Below, in pieces: positions 27,635 to 40,830 of a DNA stretch of 64,000 nucleotides. The position numbers and the translations under genes are program-made. How positions within the stretch are numbered: position 1 is the first letter of the stretch; every line of letters begins with the position of its first letter. Source of the stretch: Octopus sinensis (lineage: Eukaryota); contig NC_043023.1 in the NCBI RefSeq assembly GCF_006345805.1, forward strand, positions 18,724,001 to 18,788,000, in the 5' to 3' direction. A model generated the notes under the pieces. That model was not told the DNA's origin and did no database searches. It saw only the letters and a list, made by a program, of their open reading frames with translations.

Positions 27635-28600
27635 ATTTCTTTGCTACCCACAAGGGGCTAAACACAGAGAGGACCAACAAGGACAGACAAACGGATTAAG
27701 TCGATTATATCGACCCCAGTGCATAACTGGTACTTATTTAATCGACCCTGAAAGGATGAAAGGCAAAGTCGACCTCGGCAGAATTTGAACTCAGAATGTA
27801 AAGACAGATGAAATACCTATTTCTTTGCTACCCACAAGGGGCTAAACACAGAGGGGACAAACAAGGACAGACAAACGGATTAAGTCGATTATATCGACCC
27901 CAGTGCATAACTGGTACTTATTTAATCGACCCTGAAAGGATGAAACGCAAAGTCGACCTCGGCAGAATTTGAACTCAGAATGTAAAGACAGATGAAATAC
28001 CTATTTCTTTGCTACCCACAAGGGGCTAAACACAGAGGGGACAAACAAGGACAGACAAACGGATTAAGTCGATTATATCGACCCCAGTGCATAACTGGTA
28101 CTTATTTAATCGACCCTGAAAGGATGAAAGGCAAAGTCGACCTCGGCAGAATTTGAACTCAGAATGTAAAGACAGATGAAATACCTATTTCTTTGCTACC
28201 CACAAGGGGCTAAACACAGAGGGGACAAACAAGGACAGACAAACGGATTAAGTCGATTATATCGACCCCAGTGCATAACTGGTACTTATTTAATCGACCC
28301 TGAAAGGATGAAAGGCAAAGTCGACCTCGGCAGAATTTGAACTCAGAATGTAAAGACAGATGAATACCTATTCTTTTGCTACCCACAAGGGGCTAAACAC
28401 AGAGGGGACAAACAAGGACAGACAAACGGATTAAGTCGATTATATCGACCCCAGTGCATAACTGGTACTTATTTAATCGACCCCGAAAGGATGAAAGGCA
28501 AAGTCGACCTCGGCAGAATTTGAACTCAGGACGTAGCGGCAGACGAAATACTGCTAAGCATTTCGCCCGGCGTGCTAACGGTTCTGCCAGCTCGCCGCCC
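27635..28600 (-). mobile_element. SINE family B pentamer (one head, five ~184-bp bodies)
   Basis: Near-identical units with their 3' ends at 27635, 27819, 28003, 28187 and 28370; flanked by TATTGAAATTA in element orientation. Confidence 0.88.
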
Positions 28601-29074
28601 TAAAGTGTAATTTCAATAAAGAACAAAATAAGACAGATGTGTACATGGCCCTTTTTTTTTTCTTTTCTTTTTGTTTTCTTTCACAAACGACTGTGTGATA
28701 AGAAGCTTGATTCCCAACCATATGGTTCTCGGTTCAGTCCCACTGGGGAACACCTTGGGCCAACCAAACACACATGTGGATTTGTTTGATGGAAACTAAA
28801 AGAAGCCTGTTGTACATACATGTGTGTGTTCGTTACAGCAAATTCTGTTATAATTAGATTTTGCGCCATCTGAAGTGTGATTTTTTTGAAAATTTCATTA
28901 AAAAATATCCATTTTTCCTGCATGTTATTAGGAAACAAATTCACTGGGGGTGGGGACACACTTGTGCAGACATGCAAGATTTCACTTATATTGGAATTGA
29001 AATTCCTTCAGGGAGGTGTCATTGTCATCATCATTAATGTTAACGTCCATCTTCCATGCATTCATGGGCAGGAA

Positions 29075-29810
29075 TTCATCATCATCTTCGTTTAACGTCT
29101 GCTTCCCATGCTAGCATGGGTTGGACGATTTGACTGAGGTCTGGCGAACCAGACTCCAATCTGGTCTGGCAGAGTTTCTACAGCTGGATGCCCTTCCTAA
29201 TGCCAACCACTCCGAGAGTGTAGTGGGTGCTTTTTACGTGCCACCAGCATGGGGTCCAGTCAGGTGGTACTAGCAATGACCTCGTTCGAATCTTTTTACA
29301 CATGCCAACAGCACAGGTGCCAGTAAGGCGATGCTGGTAACGATCACGCTCGAATTGGTGCCCTTTTACGTGCCACCAGCACAGAAGCCAGTTAGCCGCT
29401 CTGGCAACGATCACACTCAGATGGTGCTCTTGGCACCCTACTAGCACAGGTTCAAGTGCCAGTAAGGCAACACATGTAACGATCACACCCAAATGGTGCC
29501 TTTTACATGCCATTGGTATGGAAGCCGGTTAGCCGCTCTGGCAACGATCTCACTCGGATGGTACTCTTAGCACCCTACTAGCATGGATGCCAGTCATTGA
29601 ATTTGATTTTGATTTCACTTGCCTCAACAGATCTTCGAAAGCAGAGTTTAGTGTCCAAAGAAGGAAAAGGTATGCATAAGTGGGCTGGTTATGGCCCTGG
29701 CATAGGCCACAAGGTTATGGTCTCATTTGGCTTGCCGGGTCTTCTCAAGCACAGCATATTTCCAAAAGTCTCGGTCAATAGTCATTTCCTTGGTGAGGCC
29801 TAATATATAC
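29075..29810 (-). mobile_element. RTE 3' end fragment
   Basis: Reverse-oriented 3' module plus the last coding portion. Other copies lie at about 9445-9850, 16105-16368, 20582-20833, 34925-35457, 40840-41100, 46015-46500 and 63478-63890. Confidence 0.8.
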
Positions 29811-29839
29811 CCACAGACACACACATGTATGGAAGTGGT

Positions 29840-30765
29840 TCACAAGGTTCCGAGCTGGAGATTGTAGCCTTATTGATAAAGAGCGATCAGGCAGACTATC
29901 CACTACAGATGATGACCAAATCAAGTAATTAATTGAGAATGACCTTCATTGCACAACCTGTCAAAATCCATCGTTCATGAGTACCTGGTAAAGCTTGCAT
30001 ACACAAATTGCTACGATGTTTGGGTACCACATGTGTTGAGTGAGAAGAACCTTTTGGATCGCATTTCCATCTGTGATTCGCTTTATAAACAGAATGAAAA
30101 TGCACCTTTTTTTAAAGCAAATTGTGACAGGTGATGAAATGGATTATCTACCGAAATGTTCAGAGAAAGCGATCCTGGAGTAAGCAACATGAGCCACCCC
30201 AAAAGTGGGTCTTCACCCTAAAAAAGACTTGCTTTGTGTCTGGTGGGATTGGAAAGGAATTCTGTACTATGAGCTTCTCCCAAGTAACCAGAGAATTAAT
30301 TCTGAGAAATACTGCACACAACTGGATGAGTTAAAAGTAGCAATTCAAGAGAAACGTCCAGAATTGGCCAACAGGAAGGGTGTTGTTTTCCAACATGATA
30401 ATGCAAGACCGCACATTTCTTTGGGGACCAGACAAAAATTGCTGCAGCTCGGCTGGGATGTGTTACCCCACCCTCCATATTCACCAGATATTGCTCCTTC
30501 GGATTTCCACTTATTCAGGTCTCTGCAGAATAGTCTTAATGGTAAAAATTTCAATTCTTTGGATGACGTAAAAAGATACCTTGATGAATTCTTTGCCATG
30601 AAACCCCCTCAATTCTGGGAAGAGGGTATTTTCAAGTTAAAGGAAAGATGGAGACGCATTGTGCAACAAAATGGTTCATATTTGATTGATTAAAAATGTA
30701 ATGGCAAGTATTTATTGGCCTTTTCTTTCCTTTAAAAATCGGCAAGAACTTTCCGGACAACCCAA
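29840..30765 (+). mobile_element. 5'-truncated, frameshifted mariner (DD34D) transposon
   Basis: WVPHVL, IVTGDE, HDNARPH and YSPDIAPSDFHLF motifs across ORFs 29949-30134, 30131-30334 and 30205-30693. The right TIR (aaaatcggcaagaactttccggacaacccaa) is followed by TA at 30766-67. Confidence 0.93.
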
Positions 30766-31490
30766 TAAACATTTTAGAAACACTGAATGACATGAACGTT
30801 TTGTGTAGTTTTGTTTTCCTAAGATTTTTTGAATACTAAATAATTTTTACAAAAATCTTTTCCAATATAATATAGACCCACACTTGGGCCTTTTCTCACT
30901 TTCTGTCTACCAAATCCACTGAAAAGGCTTTGGTTAACCCAGAGCTGAATTGGCAGACCCAAGGTCTCTCACAGTGGGACTGAACCTGAAACCATTTGGT
31001 GTGAAGGAAATTTCTTAAGCACACAGCCATGTCTGCACCAATCTTTATAAAAGTGTAGTAAAATGTCTTCTGTTCTATCTTGATATCTTCGTCATCCTCT
31101 CCATCTTACGCTGTCGTTTCTCTATTATCTCAGATCATCCGAAGACACTGGCACCAAAGAATTGTTTGCATCATCATCAGAATCGATCATCTTTTAAATT
31201 CCAAAGCAAGATGTTGGAATAAATCGATGAGGAATTCCTGTGAAATATTGCTTCTCAACTGAAATTAATAGCAACATTTCTCTACCACAGTCTGGAGTTT
31301 CTACAAATGGATTTTGCTTACAAATTAAAGTTGGTTGGATTTACAAAAGAAACTTGCTGAATCCCCAAGCATCAACGAAGACGACGAAGATGTTTGTAAG
31401 AAATGAACTAAAAAAGTTGGAACCATATTTTTGTGAAAGAAGGAAAAGGAATGGTGTTTGATATTTCAAGATTTGATTTTTGCTAAAACA

Positions 31491-32951
31491 ATGTCAAGGA
31501 AAATAAGGAAATCATATCACTGTGATATCTGTGGTAGATTGTTTTCTCAAAGTGCTGTCTTAACTGTACACAAACGTACTCATACAGGAGAGAAACCATA
31601 TCATTGTGATATCTGTGGTAAATCATTCTCTCAGAAACATCACATAACTAGACATAAACTTATCCATACAGTTGAGAAACCATACAGGTGTGATATCTGT
31701 GGTAAATCATTCTCTCAAAGTAGTAGCTTAAATTCTCATGTGTGTAGTCATACAGGAGAGAAACCGTATCACTGTGATATCTGTGGTAAGTTATTCTCTC
31801 AGAGACACGACATAGCTAGACACAAACGTGTTCATACAGGAGAGAAACCATATCATTGTGATATCTGTGACAAATCATTTGCTGGAAGCAACGACTTGAC
31901 TAAACACAAACGTATTCACACAGGAGAAAAAGCATATCAGTGTGATATCTGTGGTAAATCATTCTCTCAAGGTTGTAACTTATCTTCTCACAAGCGTACT
32001 CATACAGGTGAGAAACCATATCACTGTGATGTCTGTGGTAAATCATTCTCTCGATGTGATAGCTTAACCAAACACAAACGTATTCATACAGGAGAAAAAC
32101 CATATCAGTGTGATATCTGTGGTAAAGCATTTTCTGAGACAGGTTGTTTAGCTTCTCACAAACGTTCTCATACAGGAGAGAAACCATATCAGTGTGATAT
32201 CTGTGGTAAATCATTCTCTGGAACTGGCTGTTTAACTTCTCACAAACGTATTCACACAGGTGAGAAGCCATATCATTGTGATATCTGTGGTAAATCATTC
32301 TCTCTAGGTCGTAGTTTAACTTCTCATAAACGTAATCATACAGGAGAGAAACCATATCATTGTGATATCTGTGGTAAATCTTTCTCTCGATGTGATAGCT
32401 TAACTAAACACCACCGTGTTCATACAGGAGAAAAACCATATCAGTGTGATATCTGTGGTAAATCATTTTCTGAGACAGGTTGTTTAGCTTCTCACAAACG
32501 TATTCATACCGGAGAAAAACCATATCACTGTGACATCTGTGGTAAATCATTCTCTCAAAGTAGTAGCTTAACTTCTCACAAGCATAGTCATACAGGAGAG
32601 AAACCGTATCACTGTGATATCTGTGGTAAATCATTCTCTCAGAAACATCACATCACTAGACACAAACGTATCCATACAGGTGAGAAACCATACAGGTGTG
32701 ATATCTGTGACAAATCATTTGCTGGATGTAATGACTTGATTAAACACAAACGTATTCACACAGGAGAGAAAGCATATCAGTGTGATATCTGTGGTAAATC
32801 ATTCTCCCAGAGTAGTAATTTATCTTCTCACAAGCGTACTCATACAGGAGAGAAACCTTATTGCTGCAATATCTGTGGTATATCATTCTCTGAAAGTAAT
32901 GACTTTATTAGACACAAACTTATTCACTCTGTAGGGAAGCCTTGTCCCTGA
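31491..32951 (+). CDS. Multi-C2H2 zinc-finger protein (ZNF-B), 17 fingers, about 486 aa from the first in-frame ATG
   Basis: The ORF track starts at TTG 31458; the first in-frame ATG is 31491 ([11 protein letters not shown]). There are 17 complete fingers with TGEKP-type linkers. A splice acceptor (tctattatctcag) ends at 31133. The true start may be ATG 31390 if two 1-nt T insertions are errors (see findings). Confidence 0.88.
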   Translation: MSRKIRKSYHCDICGRLFSQSAVLTVHKRTHTGEKPYHCDICGKSFSQKHHITRHKLIHTVEKPYRCDICGKSFSQSSSLNSHVCSHTGEKPYHCDICGKLFSQRHDIARHKRVHTGEKPYHCDICDKSFAGSNDLTKHKRIHTGEKAYQCDICGKSFSQGCNLSSHKRTHTGEKPYHCDVCGKSFSRCDSLTKHKRIHTGEKPYQCDICGKAFSETGCLASHKRSHTGEKPYQCDICGKSFSGTGCLTSHKRIHTGEKPYHCDICGKSFSLGRSLTSHKRNHTGEKPYHCDICGKSFSRCDSLTKHHRVHTGEKPYQCDICGKSFSETGCLASHKRIHTGEKPYHCDICGKSFSQSSSLTSHKHSHTGEKPYHCDICGKSFSQKHHITRHKRIHTGEKPYRCDICDKSFAGCNDLIKHKRIHTGEKAYQCDICGKSFSQSSNLSSHKRTHTGEKPYCCNICGISFSESNDFIRHKLIHSVGKPCP

Positions 32952-33192
<241 letters not shown>

Positions 33193-35459
33193 TAGTGTGT
33201 TTCGTTTTGGGATTTGGTTTGCAAGATTCTTTATTTGAGTTCGTGTGTTGAAGCATATTCTGTTGTGTCTGGGGAGAGTCATTTTCTTTTTGTGCCTTAT
33301 GATTCATGACTATTGAAAAGGTTGCAAGACGCAATGAAAATTTTAGGAAAATATATATTTCTTTCCTGCCCACAAGGGGCTAAACATAGAGGGGACAAAC
33401 AAGGACAGACGAAGGGATTAAGTCGATTATATCGACTCCAGTGCGTAACTAGTACTTTATTTATTGACCCCGAAAGGATGAAAGGCAAAGTCGACCTCGG
33501 CAGAATTTGAACTCAGAACGTAACGGCAGACGAAATACCGCTAAGCATTTCGCCTGGCGCTACCGGTGAGTGTGTTACATTATAAGGCATAAAAAGAAAA
33601 TGACTCTCCCCAGACACAACAGTAGATTAGTGTGGTAAATCATTGATACGAAAAGGTGATTAACTAAACACAGATGAATTCTTACAGAAGAGAAGACCAT
33701 GTCTCTGTAATATCTGGTAAATCATTCTCTTAGAAATATACCATAACTTGTGGGTTCCCCTGTTGTAAACGACAGGCAAGGGCTCTGCAGTTTCTTGCTG
33801 AACAGACTGCACAGATGATCTGTTTATTGTGATCAAATGTTTGTGCTGTACATCAGCTCACTTCCTCCATCAAATCAATATTGCTTGGACAGATGCAAGG
33901 TGTGTCAGTGTGTCACTCATCAGCTATGAAGTGTCTTGCTCAAGAACCCAATGATCAGTCCAGGAATCGAAACCACAGTCAAAAGATTGTGGATGTGACA
34001 CCCTGGGTACGAAGCCATTCACCCTCACAAATACTGTAACGAGATAGAAATGCATTTATACGAGAGATCACTGCCAGATCTGTGGTAAATCATTCTCTCA
34101 AGATTGTAACTTATCTGCTCACAAAACATTTACCTGTGTGATAGAGTATTATTTATGCTGCCTAGAACTAATAATCTGACACCACAAGGTGAGTAAAAGG
34201 TATTTTAAGTTTTATGAATGAGGGAAATTGTTGGAAATCTTGTCTCGTGTTCTGGGTAATCTTGTTACCATTGTATGGAAGATAATTTTCTCTGTTCCTC
34301 ATTCATTGACAAACACAAACACCCTAACGTCTACAATTGTAAATAAGGAATTTGGATTTCATTATGTAACCATGGTAAAGAGATATAAATATGAGTTTGG
34401 TTGAAATATATTTGATGTATTAAGTTTCTTTTGTTACTCTGTTTCTTTTGAAATACACTGCTTTTTCCATACTGGGGTGGAAAAGGCAGTGTATTGCCCA
34501 TTTTCCATGCTGGTATGAGTTGGAAAGACGGCGAGCTGGCAGAATCGTTAGCACGCCGGGCAAAATGCTTAGCTGTATTTTGTCTGCCGTTACATTCTGA
34601 GTTCAAATTCCGCCGAGGTTGACTTTGCCTTTCATCCTTTCGGGGTCGATAAATTAAGTACCAGTTACACACTGGGGTCGATGTAATCGACTTAATCTGT
34701 TTGTCTGTCCTTTTTTTTCCCCTCTATGTTTGGCTCCTTATGGGTAGTAAAGAAACAAATAATGCAGAATTTAGTAAAAAAAACAAACTTAGTCATTAGG
34801 AAATTGGTGTTTGAAGCATGAAATTTTGATGGAAAGATTTCATTTAGATCCCTTTAGCTCTTTTGTTACTATAATTCTGATGAAATACACAAGCTTTTGT
34901 TTTAATTGGTTTTGAAACTAATGATCGTGGCCGTTGCCAGCCTCTCCTGGCACCTGTGCCGGTGGCACGTAAAAAGCACCATCCGATCGTGGCTGTTGCC
35001 AGCCTCGCCTGGCCCCTGTGCTGGTGGCATGTAAAAAGCACCCACTACATTCACGGAGTGGTTGGCGTTAGGAATGGCATCTAGCTGTAGAAACACTGCT
35101 AGATCAGACTGGAGTCTGGTGCAGCCTCCTGGCTTCCCAGAACCCGGTTGAACCATCCAACCCATGCTAGCATGGAAAACAGACGTTAAACGATGATGAT
35201 GATGGAAATTGCAGTTGTGATTCCCATGCTGGTGACACGCAAAAAGCACCAACTGATCGTGGCCGTTGCCAGCCTCGTCTGGCCTCCGTGCTGGTGGCAT
35301 GTAAGAAGCACCCACTACACTCTCGGAGTGGTTGGCATTAGGAAGGGCATCCAGCTGTAGAAACTCTGCCAGATCAAGATAGAGTCTGGTGCAGCCTCCT
35401 GGCTTCCCAGACCCCATTCGAACTGTCCAACCCATGCTAGCATGGAAAACAGACGTTAA

Positions 35460-35678
35460 CCCTTTAGTATTTAAACTGGCCATATCCTGCCAAAATAGTT
35501 AATCTGCTTCATGTTCAAACTGACCAGATCCAGGCCCTCACACCTACCCTACAATGTTTTTCTACATTAAGTAATTACACCATCAACATCTTGAAGATAT
35601 GAGATAATGCACGATTAATTCAAATCAATGGGAATCAATAGGCATTATGTTTGATAGAATAATCTGAACACTAAGGGG
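35460..35678. mobile_element. Second piggyBac-type MITE family, inserted in an RTE tail
   Basis: TTAA|CCCTTTAG...CTAAGGGG|TTAA; splits the usual gacgTTAAacgatgatg RTE end. Confidence 0.85.
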
Positions 35679-36024
35679 TTAAATGATGATGATGATGAAG
35701 AGTCTAGTAAAATATCAAATTGTTTTGTAGCTTACAGCAGGTGAGATCCAGTTCTCTTATATTTCGGGTCTCCACCTCATCTTTCTCAACATATATGCTC
35801 CCCAGGACACCTCGGAACATATTTCTTGTAGAGGAATCCTTCAGTTTCAAAATAATCCTCTTTCCCCAGATAGTTTTGTTTCTCTGGTTCCACCTCGGGC
35901 TAACTCAGACATCATTACTCACTAATGTATATTGAGGGCTGCATCCATTCTCCACCACCAAAAACACATCATGCACATCCAACAGAGCATACTGGCTTCA
36001 TTCTTCTTCAGTCTCTTCACATTA

Positions 36025-37095
36025 TCATCATCGTTTAGCATCCGCTTTCCATGCTAGCATGGGTTGGATGGTTCAACTGGGGTCCGGGAAGCCAGAAGGC
36101 TGCACCAGGCCCAGTTTGATCTGGCAGTGTTTCTACAGCTAGATGCCCTTCCTAACGCCAACCACTCCGTGAATGTAGTGGGTGCTTTTTACGTGCTACC
36201 GGCACAGGTGCCAGGGGAGGCTGGCAAACGGCCACTATCGGATGGTGCTTTTTACGTGCCACCGGCACAGAGGCCAGACGAGGCTGGCAAACCGCCACGA
36301 TCGGATGGTGTTTTTTACATGCCACCGGCACGGAGGCCAGGCAAGGCTGGCAACGGCCACGATCGGATGGTGTTTTTTACATGCCACCGGCACGGAGGCC
36401 AGGCAAGGCTGGCAACGGCCACGATCGGATGGTGTTTTTTACATGCCACCGGCACGGAGGCCAGGCAAGGCTGGCAACGGCCACGATCGGATGGTGTTTT
36501 TTACATGCCACCGGCACGGAGGCCAGCCAAGGCTGGCAAACGGCCACGATCGGATGGTGTTTTTTACATGCCACCGGCACGGAGGCCAGGCAAGGCTGGC
36601 AACGGCCACGATCGGATGGTGTTTTTTACATGCCACCGGCACGGAGGCCAGGCAAGGCTAGCAACGGCCACGATCGGATGGATTTTTTTACATGCCACCG
36701 GCACGGAGGCCAGGCAAGGCTGGCAATGGCCACGATCGGATGGTGTTTTTTACATGCCACCGGCACGGAGGCCAGGCAAGGCTGGCAAACGGCCATGATC
36801 GGATGGTGCTCTTTACGTGCCACCGGCACGGAGGCCAGTCGAGGCTGGCAAACGACCACTATTGGATGGTGCTTTTTATGTGCCACTGGCACGGGGGCCA
36901 GGCGAGGCTGGCAACGGCCACAATCGGATGGTGTTTTTTACATGCCACCAGGTTGGAGGCCAGTCGGGGTGGCGCTGGCAACGGCTATGTTCGGATGGTT
37001 CTCTTACATGCCACCAGCACTGGTATGACAGCTACAATTTCCATTGATGTTGATCGATTTCGATTTTCATTTTCATTTTCATTTGCCCTCTGCAT
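36025..37095 (-). mobile_element. RTE 3' UTR fragment containing about 12 tandem ~61-bp repeats
   Basis: The same 3' terminal module as 19200-19371 in reverse; repeat unit ggcaacggccacgatcggatggtgttttttacatgccaccggcacggaggccaggcaaggct. Confidence 0.85.
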
Positions 37096-37384
37096 TCAGG
37101 GCCCAGCATACCTTTGCTATTCATGCACAAGCCTCATACAATTTGCTTTGCACTCAGAGAGAGAGACCTTTTGTTGCCAACACAGGAGAAAGCTCTCTGG
37201 ATTCCCTTTATCCTATTCTTATTCTAGCCACTCTGCTTTCAGAACATCCTCCTAAGTAACAGAACCTACTTCCACTTGGGATCTTACTTGATATTTGAGA
37301 AAATCTATTTTCTGTTTGTTCTTTCTCCTGCATATCTACCAGCTTCTTACCACACCACCATGCCTGTTCCTATATATATTAAAT

Positions 37385-38172
37385 CTTTTTATATAAAGCT
37401 GAAGTTGTCTGTGTGTGGCAGGTTTGGTAGCCTTCAACTAACACTATCTTCTCAGAGACCCTGTGGCGCAAGTTGACCAAAATTGAGAGTTTAATAGAAG
37501 AAGGCTTGCTCTTCCTTCTGTAGAAGAAAAAATTCAAATCGGACCATGTTAATATCAAAAATTATTTACATCAAAAAGGTGCTTTTTTTTCTATGAAAAT
37601 CCCTATTTTTTACGATTTTTTTACTGCTGTGTCGCCATTTTTCGGTGTATTTCAACCAGAAAAATGTTCACTTAAAGAGAATAACAAACTACATAATACA
37701 AAATTTTTACTTTTCAAAAATTCCAATTCTAAAGGGTCGAAACAAACCCGAGCAACGCCGGGCGATACAGCTAGTAAATAAATCTCTCTCTATATAAAGC
37801 TGAAGTTGTCTGTGTATGGCAGGTTTGGTAGCCTTCAACTAACACTCTCCTCCGAGACCCTGCAGCGCAAGTTGACCAAAATTGAGAATATGATAGAAGA
37901 AGGCTTGCTCTTTTTTCCGTAGAAGAAAAAATTCAAATCGGACCATGTTAACACCAAAAATTATTTACATCAAGAAGGTGCTTTTTTTCTATGAAAATTC
38001 CTATTTTTTATGATCTTTTGACTGCTGTGTCACCATTTTTCGGTGTATTTCAACCAGAAAATGGTTCCCTTAAAGAGAATAACAAACTACATAATACAAA
38101 ATTTTTACTTTTCAAAAATTCCAATTCTAAAGGGTCGAAACAAACCCGAGCAACGCCGGGCGACACTGCTAG

Positions 38173-38204
<32 letters not shown>

Positions 38205-38590
38205 GAGAGAGAGAGCTGAAGTTGTCTGTGTATAGCAGGTTTGGTAGCCTTCAACTAACACTATCTCCTCCGAGACCCTGCAGCGCAAGTTGACCAAAAT
38301 TGAGAGTATGATAGAAGAAGGCTTGCTCTTCCTTCCGTAGAAGAAAAAATTCAAATCAGACCATGTTAACACCAAAAATTATTTACATCAAAAAGGTGCT
38401 TTTTTTTTCTATGAAAATCCCTATTTTTTACGATTTTTTTACTGCTGTGTCACCATTTTTCGGTGTATTTCAACCAGAAAAATGTTCCCTTAAAGAGAAT
38501 AACAAACTACATAATACAAAATTTTTACTTTTCAAAAATTCCAATTCTAAAGGGTCGAAACAAACCCGAGCAACGCGGGCGACACTGCTA

Positions 38591-38627
<37 letters not shown>

Positions 38628-39023
38628 TATATAGATAGAGAGAGAGAGATGAAGTTGTCTGTGTATAGCAGGTTGGTAGCCTTCAACTAACACTATCTCC
38701 TCCGAGACCCTGCAGCGCAAGTTGACCAAAATTGAGAGTATGATAGAAGAAGGCTTGCTCTTCCTTCCGTAGAAGAAAAAATTCAAATCAGACCATGTTA
38801 ACACCAAAAATTATTTACATCAAAAAGGTGCTTTTTTTTTCTATGAAAATCCCTATTTTTTACGATTTTTTTACTGCTGTGTCACCATTTTTCGGTGTAT
38901 TTCAACCAGAAAAATGTTCCCTTAAAGAGAATAACAAACTACATAATACAAAATTTTTACTTTTCAAAAATTCCAATTCTAAAGGGTCGAAACAAACCCG
39001 AGCAACGCCGGGCGACACTGCTA

Positions 39024-39060
<37 letters not shown>

Positions 39061-39461
39061 TATATAGATAGAGAGAGAGAGATGAAGTTGTCTGTGTATA
39101 GCAGGTTTGGTAGCCATCAACTAACACTATCTCCTCCAAGACCCTGGGCGCAAGTTGACCAAAATTGAGAGTATGATAGAAGAAGGCTTGCTCTTCCTTC
39201 TGTAGAAGAAGAAATTCAAATCGGACCATGTTAACACCAAAAATTATTTACATCAAAAAGGTGCTTTTTTTTTTCTATGAAAATCCCTATATTTTACGAT
39301 TTTTTGACTGCTGTGTCGCCAGTTTTCGGTGTATTTCAACCAGAAAAATGTTCGCCTAAAGAGAATAACAAGCTACATAATACAAAATCTTTACTTTTCA
39401 AAAATTCCAATTTTGAAGGGTCGAAACAAATCCGAGCAATGCCAGGCGACACTGCTAGTAT

Positions 39462-39516
<55 letters not shown>

Positions 39517-39886
39517 CTGAAGTTGTCTCTGTATAACAGGTTTGGCAGCCTTCAACTAACACTATCTCCTCCAAGACCCTGGGTGCAAGTTGACCAAAAT
39601 TGAGAGTATGATAGAAGAAGGCTTGCTCTTCCTTCTGTAGAAGAAGAAATTCAAATCGGACCATGTTAACACCAAAAATTATTTACATCAAAAAGGTGCT
39701 TTTTCTCTATGAAAATCCCTATATTTTACGATTTTTTTACTTCTGTGTTGCTATTTTTTGGTGTATTTCAACCAGAAAAATGTTCACTTAAAGAGAATAA
39801 CAAGCTACATAATGCAACATTTTTACTTTACAATTCTAAAGTGTCAAAAAAAAATAAACCTGAGCAACGCTGGGCTATACTGCTAG
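37385..39886 (+). mobile_element. Tandem array 2 of the non-autonomous Helitron (six units)
   Basis: CTAG ends at 37774, 38172, 38591, 39024, 39458 and 39886. Units 1-2 begin TC(TC)nTATATAAAGCTG. Confidence 0.85.
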
Positions 39887-40574
39887 TTTATTATAAAGGG
39901 AAGGTTGACAGTGACTTTGAAGATTTGGATTTCTTACCTTTTTCAGACTGTCTGATGAAGATGAGCAAACTGAAACTTCAAAGTCACTGTCAAACTTTCC
40001 CTAGCAAAAATGAATAAATACTATACCAAAAAGTACTGAGTAATCCTCTAGTGTAATGGTAAATTATTTTTATATATAAAGCCAAAATCTATATATAATA
40101 TATGATATATATAGGCGCAGGAGTGGCAGTGTGGTAAGTAGCTTGTTTACCAACCACATGGTTCCGGATTCAGTCCCACTGCGTGGCACCTTGAGCAAGT
40201 GTCTTCTACTATAGGCTCGGGCCAACCAAAGCCTTGTGAGTGGATTTGGTAGACGGAAACTGAAAGAAGCCTGTCGTGTATATATACATATATATGTGTG
40301 TGTGTGTGTGTCTGTGTTTGTCCCCATTACTTAGCGGTTCGGCAAAAGAGACCGATAGAATAAGTACTGGGCTTACAAAAGAATAAGTCCCGGGGTCGAG
40401 TTGCTCGATTAAAAAAAAAAGGCGGTGCTCCGGCATGGCCACAGTCAAATGACTGAAACGAGTAAAAGAGTATATGTATCAAATGAAGTAAATGAAAAAC
40501 AGGACGCAAAGGATTTTGTGGTACATATGTTTCGGGCTTTATTGAACAACTTATTATATATTACACGGTGTTAA

Positions 40575-40830
40575 AATTTTCAGGGGTTATGTCGAAGAAA
40601 ATGACACACTGGTATGTGTGGCTATCATACCAAGAGTTGGCCTTCCCTATTTTCTTCTTAGTCCTTTCAATGATGTCCCATGACTTGCTCCTATAGAGTG
40701 GGCAAATCCCATTCCTATCGTTACGTATGATAGTTTCAAATTTCCTCATGGCCCCTTTGTATACTCTGATCCTTTCTTTATGCATAACACCAGTATTTGC
40801 CATGAGTGTGATTTTGCTCGGCTTGATGGA
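40575..40830 (-). mobile_element. Penelope-like element reverse-transcriptase thumb/linker fragment
   Basis: Translation ..ERIRVYKGAMRKFETIIRNDRNGICPLYRSKSWDIIERTKKKIGKANSWYDSHTYQCVIFFDITP.. matches the PLE pattern G-x-P-LYR-x-K-x-W...K..WY...Y-x-x-V-I-F-x-x-x-T-P (recognised from memory). Confidence 0.6.

Noticed and set aside
27635-28600. Regular repeats that might suggest a CRISPR array (also 9965-10968, 36185-37020, 14085-14770)
   Set aside because: They are tandem repeats without unique spacers, in eukaryotic DNA with no cas genes.
31900-32634. Alternative-frame and antisense ORFs over the zinc-finger arrays (also 12619-12843)
   Set aside because: Expected by-products of the 84-bp finger periodicity and codon bias.
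36064-37255. Long repetitive ORFs in all frames (also 57662-58367)
   Set aside because: They arise from the 61-bp VNTR in RTE 3' UTRs; no conserved frame.
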